Part shown: positions 25,024-37,220 of the stretch, piece after piece
Layout: each line of letters starts with the position of its first letter
How positions within the stretch are numbered: the stretch's first letter is position 1
Assembly: GCA_051362555.1 (NCBI GenBank)
Contig: CM120645.1
Location: 22,506,001-22,570,000 of the forward strand
Direction of reading: 5' to 3'
Source of the DNA: Lingula anatina
Lineage: Eukaryota > Animalia > Brachiopoda
Length of the DNA: 64,000 nucleotides
Notes under the pieces: model-generated
Databases searched by the model: none
Seen by the model: only the letters and a program-made list of their open reading frames with translations
Told to the model about the DNA's origin: nothing
Made by a program: the position numbers and the translations under genes

Positions 25024-28000
25024 GTAAGTATAGAAGCTTTTTTCTGTTCAAAAGTTGTGCCTGCATAACAAATTAATAATATTGATAGAAATAAAGAACT
25101 GAAATATCAGCTACATAACAACAATGAAATATTTCACTTTGAAAATAAAAATTAAGATAGTTACTGCTTATTTTAATAATAGTCAGCTATACAGTCTTAT
25201 TCATAATCTTTTTCATTTTGAAAGTTCAAAAGGAATATACTTTAAATAAATCATCATGTTTTGTGTCAGCCAGTGGATGTGCATAAGCAGCATGGTATTT
25301 GATCAGAATCAGACGACAAAGCAACCTTTTACCCTTGTTTGTTAGGGAAAAAAAGTGTGATAGTGATCTCTTTTATGCACCCTGTAAGTTTAAAAAGGCA
25401 ACAAAAAAGGCACTTTTGTGCACAACAATGAAAATCTGTATCCCATTCATTTCTGAAATAATTCGACTACAATAACACTGTGTTTGTACTCATTCTTCAG
25501 TGCTGGAATTGTTAGTACTTCCTGTATGAATACTGGACCTGTTACTACTCTCTGTACGAATTACTCATTGAAGTACCAGTGGTATTGACGCCTGATTGCT
25601 AGCCACAAACCTCCGATTCATAAAATATTAAACTGCCCTCAGAACTTGTCATATGTGCGAAGTACCCCTGGGGAGTGAGCAGTTAAAACTAATCTGCCTG
25701 TCCAAAATAACCAAATGTGGCAGAAAAGATTTCCTTCTTAATGTCAGAGATGATTAAGATGTTGGCTGCTTATCAGAAATCGTGTTGAAGCTGGACATTT
25801 GTATAAAACTTATTTTGGGTTTAAAAATCTGTCAAGATAAGCTTATCGTACTAAATATAATATTATGTATTTAGAAGATGATCATTAAGTAGGCTCAAGA
25901 GAATCAAGAAAGGATGCCATCTGTTCTTCTCCTACAGTTTCTAAAACACTGAAACTTAACACACATCAACCACTTACATGTAGTTATGAACCTGTAGCCA
26001 TTTCAGGTTTATCTCCTCTGAACGACAGTAAGCATTTTTTCAGTGATTCAAATTATGTCATCAACTTTTTATTTATGTTCTCAGATAGCAGTCTTGTTTT
26101 CTAAGTCTTGTGCTTCAAACATCATTTATTATATTATTTTTTAACCTCGGATGAACAGGATCTGTTTGCTGAAATAACAGACACATGTTCTGCATTTGAA
26201 GAACAAGATATGACTTGATTTATGTTTCTCATCTTATCTCCAGTCTTCTGAAAACAAATATGTTCTGTTTTCATTATCAGATGTTGTTAATTGTATTGTA
26301 AAGTGCTGTTATTTTCTAAATATACCAATCCACAGTCAGATCTGACCCTATAAACCTGTTGACAGCCAAAAGACATCAGTAAAAGAATGTTTTTCAACTG
26401 AAAAACCATCATGACAACATTTTGAAAGGTTTAAACTACCAGATGAAGTCTATGTCAAGTTTTATGGGACAGCTCGGGTCAGAACAAGTCAATGTCTTTG
26501 TAGGAAATGCTGCCTCAGCTGTCTTGAAAGTGAACCTAGATCTTATATCAAAATAAAACTGACATGTTTGTCTTATGGTTGTTATCTTTTATTTTGAATC
26601 CAGCAAATGGTAAAAATAAAAACATTTGGTCAACAAGCATAACTTGCATCCAGCATATCTGGGAAAAGTTGTAAAATTATAAATTGACTTGTACACATAC
26701 ATATCATGTCTCATAATGATAAGAGGGATAAATTTAAGAATTTTTTAATTTATATTTCTACTCCATTCTCTGTTTTAGATGTACCCCCAGGACAAACCCA
26801 CCCACCCTCTATAACAAGGCAGTCAGACGACCAACTGATCATTTTCAAGAAAGGACTGTCAAGACAGATAGTGTGTGTGGCATCTGGGAACCCAGAACCT
26901 ACGTAAGCGTGCATTTAGCTGTCATATCTTTGGTGATGCCATGTGTTTCAAGATGTCTTCTTTATAATTTTATATCTTCAATTTTTTTTATTTCTGTTGG
27001 GTACATGTTTGAATAAACTGATACATTTTCTCTGTGAATTTATCAAGTCAAATGAATATTTTTGCGATTTTCGAATTTTATGTAGAACTTGCAAGACAAA
27101 TTTGTTTGATATCGAAATTTGTCTTGAGATTTCAGCGTGATACTTTTGGCTGAAAAAAAATCCCCCTTGTATCTTGAATATTATTGTCAGTTTTTGACGT
27201 AACTAAATATTTAATTATATATAAATAATCTCTTAGATACGAGTGGACCAAAAATGGCCGTCCATTCAACCCCGAGGCCAATGCAGACGTGGATCAGGAG
27301 AGGGGTCTGGGCACGCTGACGTTTTCTGATCCTGTCAGCGAGGACCAGGGGGTGTATCAGTGCAGGGCCATCAACGAGTACGGAACTGCGCTGACCCAGA
27401 AGGTCACCCTTTTAGAAGCAGGTGAGGCTTCAGGAAATATGTGAATATGGAGAGGGCGGAGCAGGTGGGTGGGTGGGGGGGGGCAGGTGAGTGCTTGTCT
27501 GGGGAAGAAGTTTTCATGGCACCAGTAGCCTCATTTTCTGATGAAGGTGACTGGAACAGCATGGAATTCAGAAATGTTTGACAAAGTTATTCTAATATTA
27601 GAAGTTGTATAGAAGAAATTGCTACTGTAATTGAGCACATAACACAGCAGATGATAGTCTTTATTATGTGAATATAAATGGATTTCTTTAACTTTAAAGT
27701 GGATATTCCATCTAAATTGCTTCAGTTGACAAAAATCTTATCTCAGTTATACATGAGATTACATAATGTGAGTTAATAAAAAAAAAAATCAAGATGCCTG
27801 GTTGTGTTTGAGAATTTTTTTTTTTGCTCTTCCCAGTGATGGATCCATTTCCTGGAAACCCCGTTGTGACACCCAAACAAGTTCGCCCCACTGTAGGCCA
27901 AAGCCTAAAATTGCCCTGTGACTCCCCTAGGAGTATTCCTGCCAGCGACGTTGTTTGGAACATCAGGAAAGATCGTGTGCCGGAGAGTAGTAGGGTTACC

Positions 28001-31000
28001 ATGGATTACGAAGGTAGGATGAATATTATAGTTCAATGTACAAGGCCTTTAAAATGTATGCAATAGAACAAGATAATTGTCGAATTGAGTTGAATTTCAA
28101 TATTCTTTATGCCTGCAATTTTTTTTTAAGTTTAGAATTTTGCCTTTGAACAATTACAGTGCTTATATTGCATTGGATTTAAGCTGTGAGGAATCTCTAT
28201 TTTTCCAGGAAATCTCTACTTCGCCAATATTATTCCTGATGATGCCCAGAATGGTAAATCATACATCTGTGCAGTGACCAATAACTTCATCAGGACGACG
28301 GTTCAGGGCGGAGACTCTCAGATAGAACCGCAGGGTACAATTGGTACGACGATACCCATTAAACTGTGTACAGACCTTTTTACATTGAGGGGAACTGTTT
28401 TCTGTACCGCTCTAGTTTGGCAATAACAAACATGTAACTATGCATTGGGTGTGGTGGGGGTGGGGGGTGGGGGTGCGGTCACTTTTGCCAGCCCCAGTTA
28501 AAAGTAATGTTAACTGACAGTGTTGAGTGATGAGTCTCTTATGTAGTTTTCTTACTTACGGTGTTAAGGTATTACATATTATTGATCAGCATACTATGCA
28601 CATATGATGATAAAAACTAAATTATTTACCTGCAGCGCAAGCTCGTCGAAATTCCCCTGTCTTGCTCTACTCCTCGCCTACCACTATTATCAAGATGAGG
28701 GGAGAGACGCTGAGAATGAAGTGCATTTTTGGTGGATAGTAAGTAACAGTTAGGTTAAATATGTTATGTTATGTTACAGTGGAAAATGGCTATCTGTTTT
28801 ATGTGAACTAAATTTCTACCTGTAGAGTTGTTAATTACAAATTAAATAAGCATGACTTCTCACAATTAAGTCTCATTCTCTGATTTGTGGGTTGAGTAAG
28901 TATTGCCCTTTGCTGAAGTTTTGTTACAGTCTCAAGTCAAACTATTACCCTGTTTGTAGATAACATTTTTAACCATGATAGTAAACACAGTTGCAGTATT
29001 GTCAGAAACTAGCACACATCAAGAAAAAAAAAGAAAAAAATACAGAAATAAAAAACCAGAAACTTACAATTCTGCATGTTCTGATCAGCAAAATGATGCA
29101 GGGATGTACATATGTGTGATCATCTTCCAATCCCTCCTCTAGTCCCACCCCAACAATAACATGGCGGAGGATGAGAGGCAGCCCCAGATACCAGCAGTCC
29201 CAGCACGGCCACGAGATCGTCATCGAGGACATCCAAGAGGCGGACGAGGGGACGTATCTCTGTGAGGGAAATAATGGCGTCAATCCTAGTGCTTACAGGG
29301 AATTTCAAGTCACTGTGGAAGGTAAATGTTTGTGATCTGACTAAAGCCCCATTCGGAATAGGAGACTAACTAGTCCGAGGGTCAGATATGGCCGACCCAC
29401 TTGAATACTTCCCTATTCAGTGTCTATTAGAGGATTAGACGGCAAGCTTTGTACTAGGTTGCCGTGTTTGGCACTCGGACTAGTTAATCCCCTATTCTGA
29501 ATTGGGCCTGAAAAAGGCAAACAGATGAACAAACACACGAATAAGATTTATTAAGATACAGACTGTAGATGGACAGACAGACAGACGCAGTAGCTCTTAT
29601 AACCTTAAAAAATTGAACCTGGATTATTTGCTACTTACAACATAAGTATTTTTCTGAAACAAAGTTATTAACCATGCACTAAAAATCAAGAAACTGAAAA
29701 AAAAGTATCAAAGAATATCAAACATCTACTTACTGAAATAAATTGGTATAATTTCCTTTGATCTCTTGGGGTCAATTTTTGCTCCATGTGTGGATGCTTT
29801 GTGAAGTATTCTGGAGGAAGTTTGCTCTGATTACAACCAGGTGACAGGTGGTTTTATGAGGGTGTAAAAACTAGTTACAGTTCACCAATGAAATGTAGTA
29901 GGTTACTTTGTATACATCAGTTTAAAGACATAGTTTATGTTTGAGTTGTGAGTACACATATTTGAAATACACTCCATTTCTGTATATGTATATGTGTACC
30001 TCCTCAGTAGCTTATACTTATGCTTACCATATACAAAACAAAACAAAACATTAAATACATGTATATTTTTATCTTCTACTAAAGGATATTTAGTCGTCTC
30101 ACAGAAAGGCAACATTATTTTGAGAGGTTTTGTTTTAGATATAAATGATAGTAAATTGGCAAGTGCAGAAATCTTAACTGAAATTTTTTCGATAAAATGG
30201 ACATACATCACAGTTTTATTGTGGCACAATGATTTGTTTTTCTTATGCCCTTGGTATCTAGATTTTGCAGAAGTGGAATTATTAGTGTCTGTTTAACTTT
30301 TATTTATCATGGTAAAAGAAAGATCTGAGACAGTGTGTTCTCTGTAAGAGTAATGACATACGGTGTAAATTATACATTCAGTTAATTATTTTGTTCATTA
30401 CAATAAGTTTATGGGGTGTATTAAATGAATTTTATGTTGTGTTAATTTAGGTAGGATGGAAATTATTATAACTAAAATTAGAAAAATGTGAAACTCAATT
30501 ATGCTTGGATATTAGTTAAATTCTATAGATTTTAAAGAGATTATGAATTTATACTTTATTAAATACACTTTTGACGGGCTTTTATTACAGAAAGAAACTC
30601 AACAACAATGCTACATCCAAGTATGAATGCATTGAACTTCTGCATATGTGCATCAGTAGTAGAAACATTTTTTGAATTAAGAAATATTTCAACCCCACCA
30701 CGGTGGCGATTTTAACAGCCCTTTTGCAAAATTAGGTGGCTGTATCAGTGTCGCTTTTCAAAAAGTAGTTTCTTTCAGATTTCATGAGCTTATCCCCTCT
30801 ACAGCGTTGTATTGAAACATGGACTGAATATATTGCTAGTTTTTAGGTTTAAGATGTTAAACTGTTTCATTAATGTTCTTTCAAAAGTTTAAATATTGAA
30901 TAGACCAAACAAGGATGTTAGGATTTTGGGGCTTGATTTTTTTCTATTTAAAATAGCATTTTTGAAGTCAAAAGTTTGAAACCTATCTTTACCTGTATTT

Positions 31001-34000
31001 GATAACTTTGCATTATTTGTTTGAAGTTGCATGTGCGTTGTTAACTTCTCACAGTTGGTGTTATACCCACCTTGCTTATTTAGACCACTTTCTCACGTTG
31101 ATAGTTTGAAACCTGTACCTGGTTTGATAATTGGCCGACAGTTAAGGTTACACAGCCATTTTTAAGAAAAGGTTGAATTAATTAACAAATAAATACTTTT
31201 TTTTTGTTTGTTTAATACTGCTGTTACATATATACACAGAACATTCATACTAAAAGATAATTTGTGTGAAACAAGTAGAATGCTTTTAAAATATCAAGTG
31301 AAAGTGAAGTGTATTTTACATGATTCAAAAATAATAAAACAATATAAAATACACTGAAATATCGTAGAACTTGGATATTAAGATTCTTCTAATAACAGAA
31401 CTCCATTGTACATTGCAACTAACAATAAAAAAAATGAAAATCAGCAAATTCTTAAACTGAACCTAATTATTCATGCCTTCTAGTCTTGTTAATTTTTTTT
31501 TAATCACACCTTTTCTTTAATTTCTTAAAGGAAAGCCATACTGGATAGAGAAGCCTACGGATACCAACATTGAGGAGCAAGAGACCAAGATATTCAGGTG
31601 CGAAGCTGGCGGTAAACCCATCCCTAACGTCATGTGGTTCATCAACGGAGAGAAGCTAGAAGGTAAGGATTGGATGAAGATGTTGTTAAGGCATGCTTCA
31701 GGACACCAATACTTAGAGAGAATATCTCCATTGATTGCCTTGTTGTTAACAATGAATGAGAGTTGAAAGCAAAGGCTATAGGCTGACAGAAATTGTAAGT
31801 TTAAGCAGTCATGAGTCCTGCCTATTCAAAGACAGACCTGTTGCACTGTACAAGACCACCTTACTCTCTTTATTTGACATCACCAACACACTGAAGTACT
31901 TCAAACACAGCTAATATTTGCCTCTTTCCTCTTAGATATCCCAGCAAGCTCTAGGAGGAGCCTGATCAATGGCGGCATGGCACTCCAGTTCAAGTCCCTG
32001 CAGCGAGCAGACACCTGTGTGGTACAGTGCAATGTAACCAATGAACACGGGTATATCTTTGCCAGTGCTTACTTGAATGTGCTAGGTGAGCAGATTATAT
32101 TGTTGTATTGATATGACTAAGGCCGTGGTCACATACAGTCTATCTGTAGACCAGCTAGTCTATCGATTAAATATGGTGTACGTGACCCACTTGGAAGCAT
32201 GCCGATATTTTATTGCTCTGCCCCTGAGAATCCATTGTCAAGTGTGCGCCATATTTGATCACGATACTAGCGGACAGATCAAATGGTTGTGAATGTGGCT
32301 TTACACTGTCTTTGTTTTTCGTATTTGGGCTTGCAAATTGAAAGTTACTAATTGAAGAGGTGAAATATTTATCAATAGAAATTCTGCTCGAAAAACCTGA
32401 GGAGGGAAGGGGGGGGGAAGAAGAAAAATTTGAAAAAACGTGACATTAATACGTAATTAACAATGATAAATATTTTAATTTGATAGAAGAAAGGGAATGG
32501 AACACATCTCATGTTACAAAAAGTTTAACCATTCATCACATCCCATATGACCTTTGACCTTTGTAGCTGAGGCACCCATTTTCCTTACGGAGCCCCCCAA
32601 GTACATCAAGAAAGTGGTTGACCAGACAGTGAACCTGACGTGTCGTGTGTTTGGTGCTCCTATCCCACAGATTACGTGGGAGAAAGAAGGTCAGCTCCTG
32701 AGTGGTGCCAGGCACACCGTCACCGCTGATGGAGATTTGGTGATTAAGGTAGGAAAGCTGGGTGTGGGAGGACATGGTTTGGTTATGGTGGCAGGCCATT
32801 GTTTTGGCTTACATGTTTCCTCTGTGCACAAAATCAGTATAAGGTAAAAACAAAAGGTAAAAAAAATGATAATAGTTAAAAAAAGAAAATGTCTACGTGT
32901 ATCTAAAATATTTAAATATTTAGTTGGATTTTTTTTCGAAACCGCCGCAGAATTCACCATTTCAAATCATTTGGAAAGAAAAATTATCAGACCTTTGTTT
33001 ATTGGAATTGAGTGTTAATTGACAGCTAACCTGAGGAATACATCCTCTTAATTGGAGACTATTTGTAGGAAAGGACATAGATTGAGATTCAAGTCCCAAA
33101 CTGCTCGAAAAGTGGTCTAAAACCTTTATAACATTGAACTGGGTTAAATATATTTAAGAGGAAATGATGATAATGAGTTGAGTTAAATATTAAAGAACAA
33201 AATGATGATAATTTCAGGACCTGAGGCTTGATGATAGTGGTCACTACTTGTGTAAGGCAAGGAACACATACGGCAACATCCAGGCGTCTGGGGAGCTGGT
33301 AGTCCGAGGTGAGAATCTGGAAACATGGTGGACATTTTTAACTTATCCTTTATGGGTGGTATCAGGCATTTATATACTAACTTAAAGGTGTTTTCTTCCA
33401 TTGTTCTCTAAGGCAAAAGGAAAAAATTATAAATGCATCAGTTGATAAGTTTATAAATACTTTGTTAAAGAGCTTCATTTTTTGCCAAATTCTTGCAAAT
33501 ATACATTTTTCTGATACACAAAATTAGGAAAACAAAATAAAAAAATCTGAAAAATTTCATATGTTAAAAAAACGATTTTGTAAATTTATTTTAATTTTCC
33601 TTGTAGAAAAAACTGTAATTGACAACCCACCTACAGATCAAGTTGTAGCAATAGGTGAAGAGGCTGTCTTGTCTTGTGGAGCTACTACTGATGCTGCAGA
33701 AGAGCACAAGCTGCGTATTTATTGGTTAAAAGATGACCAACCAATCAACCTAAACATAGACCGCCGCCTCACCCTAAGTAATGATTGGTCACTGGTAATT
33801 AACCCAGCATCCAGGAATGACAATGCTCGGTATACCTGCGTGGCTGGCAATGGCTTGGATGAGGATAAGAGAGAAGCTACTCTGACAGTGGAAGGTATGT
33901 GTGGTTTATGGTTTAATAAAAAACAAGATTCCATTACAGTTCCTTGAAAGTTAAACTATCACATTTCATTTTCTCAGCTGATAAGTACAACTAATTTGAA

Positions 34001-37000
34001 TGGTACAACTGAATGGTTTTATCTTTTTTATGGAATACAGAAAAGATGAAAAAATATGATAGAAAAAGATTTAAATGACTACAGATGTCTAATAATCCTT
34101 ACGTACTATGATTATTGGTATCATTCACTGATTTGCATGCTATTTTTATTTTAGAATTTTAACCAGATTTAATAGGTTTAAAATATATTATGATAATGTA
34201 GTTTGAGATTAGAGACATTATCTTTGTTGATCTTTTATTGCATGCAGCTTTGTTAAGAGTGGAAAGACAAGGTAGAGTATATTAGATATAATATTAAACA
34301 AATATTTTCTGAAATTCATTGCAGTAAAATGAGGGTTTATCCATAGTTAACCTAAACAAGGTCTTAATCTTTACAATAGTCATTTTTCCATTAGTGCGGT
34401 TCCTCCTTGAGTCAAGCTATATCATTTCATGAAGTCATATTTTAGTTGACATTTAATTTTTTAAGGATATATGTAAGTTTAAGAGGAAACGTTTGGATAA
34501 CCTATGAAGTTATAAAAAGTTATATAGAAGAAGAGCACTCAGCGAGCACAGACCTCTGCCAAAGCAGCCGAATTATCATCAATAAATGGATAAACCAGCA
34601 TTGTAATCTGATAGATTTTAAGTTTGCCCATTTCTGATTTATCCTAAAAGTTTTTGCCAAAATATTGTAACATTTTAAGTTAGGCTGCCAAATATCAAGC
34701 CAACATAGTCAAAACCATAATCTCCTTTGCAGAGGTATATTTAATGAGAACACAGAGATTTGTCATTCCCTGCGTTTCATTTCCAGCACCCCCAGAACCC
34801 CCCACCAACGTTATTCTGAACAGCTGTAGCACCAGGTCTGCCTCGATATCGTGGACCCCAGGGCCGCCCAACAACGCCCCCATCCAGCAATACTTCATAG
34901 AGTACAACAACTCCAGGAATCCCGACCAATGGGTAGAGATCAAGACCGTCAACGTGCCTTACACTAGTGCCGTGGTGGAGTTGTTCCCTTACATGACCTT
35001 CAACTTTAGGGTCAAGGCTGCGAACAGAATTGGGACAAGTCAGCCCAGTAGCCATACTTCGACCTTGTGCCGTACCCCTGCGGATGTGCCGGCAAGGCAG
35101 CCTGGTAACCCAGAAATTCAAGACTACGATTCTGACTCCTTGTATCTTGTTTGGGACGTAAGTGTGCTGGTGGATGAGATTTGAAGGAAAATTAGTTGGT
35201 GATTCAGTGTGATTTGTAGTTTTTCCAACTGTCTTTCTCATACTGTTGGTAGTCAGTTTTAAAAATCCACACACATGAATTATTTGAAGTACTTTATTCT
35301 CATTATGTTTTTAGATCATTAAAAAATTTTTTTTACATCTAAAAGAGTAATTAATCACATTTTTACAATCAGAAATTATGTTTTAAGCTCTATTTGCCAA
35401 TTTGTCTGACCATTTCATTGGGTGAAATTAATCTAAATTGTTGAAAAAATTTATGGATTGGTCTAGTTTTGTAGTAAATATCTATTTTTCGACCAGGCAT
35501 TGGATGAAACAGAACTGAACGGTCCAGGCTTTCATTACCTTATAACCTATCGCCGACTTGATCAACCAAATGCCCCTGAAATGACAAAAAAGATTGATGA
35601 TTTTACCAAAAAGGAAGCTCTCATAGAGTCAGAGACATACGTGCCATATGAAATCACAATAGAAGCTGTGAATGAAATGGGGACTGCCAGGAAACCAGCC
35701 GAGAAAATTATTGGCTTCTCTGGAGAGGGAGGTGAGAATGATTCTCAGATGTGTCTTGGTTGAAAATTCTTAGAGAGACCTCCCCCCTCCCTTCCCCCCC
35801 CCCCCCCCCCCCCCCCCCCCCATGACCAAGACTTTATAATCTGGGACAAGTATTCCTGTTTTAATTAGGTGCTTTCCTGTGTAAACTAGAACCATATAAA
35901 TTGCCCTTATTTTAATTAAAGAATAAAGCATTGAAAGAAAGTGAAAAAGGAAAATTGATGATTCAAGACAAATTGTAACATAATGATGAGATATCGTAAT
36001 ATTAGATATTTCTTTCTACCAGTACCAAATGCGATCCCCCAAAACTTCCGACTAGATCACAAGTACCCCCCTACGGACTCCACGGCCAACTTCCTGTGGG
36101 ACGCCATTGATGCAACACACGAAGCTGTGCAAGGATTCTTTGTTGGTTACGAGGTGAGATCAGAGCACAATTGATTTAAGCATGACTACATTTGTACTTC
36201 TTGGGACTTCTAACCATTCCATATATGTATCTGTCTGCAAAAAGAAAAAGAAAACAGAAAATTATCAGAAGACAAAATGCAGTTAACTTAAAAATCTGCA
36301 TCAACTTAGGTACCATCTAACGTACCAGTGGTTTTTATTTTTTGTTTTATTTCATTGTTTACCAAATTGTACAGAAAATTTACAAAGTTATCTGGAGTGC
36401 ATATTTTATTATTTTAATAACTGAAGACAAAAGTAATGCTGTTATGTGTATATCAGATGAAATGGTGGCCAGAAGACGACCCCAAAGACACCTCTGTCGT
36501 TGTCGTCCCCATCAACAACCCAAACAACGAGCTTCGCGATCTGAAGAACAGGCGCATTGGGCGACAAGTTTTACAGTACGTATCGGGAACTTTGGAGCAG
36601 CTTCCGCCCTTCACGTCAGTCGTGGCACAGGTGGCTGTTAGAAATAAGAAGTACACAGGAGAACCCAGTAATTCCGTCACATTCAGGACTGATGAAGGAG
36701 GTAGGGGGTCACATATTCTAAAACATGGTTAAGGATATCCTGTGAATGACCAAGGTTTTTGGAACAGTTTTGGGAGTTTATGAGTCAGATATCAGTTTTC
36801 ATTTATTGACAGTGATATTTTTATTACGGTCTTTTGGTAATGGAGAAAATGAGAAAAGTTTCTCTCTCCTTAATGTAATGTGTCTGTTAAGCATCAACAA
36901 TAGCCGCTGCTAAAAACCTAATAAACTTTTTTTTAAAGGCATGTCTTACATTAAAGACACATTTTATTGTAGTTAGCATGTCTCTTTTGGAATTGTAAAA

Positions 37001-37179
37001 TTTGGAATTTTACTTTGATCGAAGAGTTTTGTTTTTCCCATCCTATCAACTAGCGCCATCTGCTGTTCAAGACTTCAAAGTATTCAGGAAGGGTCCTGTT
37101 CACTTAGAGCTGAGCTGGGAGCTGCCTGCCTTCCCTAATGGAAACATCTTAGGATATGACATTGCATACAGAAATAGTA

Positions 37180-37220
<41 letters not shown>

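Noticed and set aside
25501-25510. Possible microexon TGCTGGAATT between ttcag and GTTAGT
   Set aside because: 10 nt would shift the frame just after the signal peptide.
25561-25686. Possible piggyBac-like MITE ending ...GAGCAGTTAA
   Set aside because: Left end and TIR too degenerate to support.
32548-32560. Perfect DR1 TGACCTTTGACCT
   Set aside because: Lies in the branch/polypyrimidine region of exon 10, which explains it sufficiently.
34777-35274. 165-aa antisense ORF (also 49116-49409 and others opposite exons)
   Set aside because: Shadow ORFs opposite real coding sequence.
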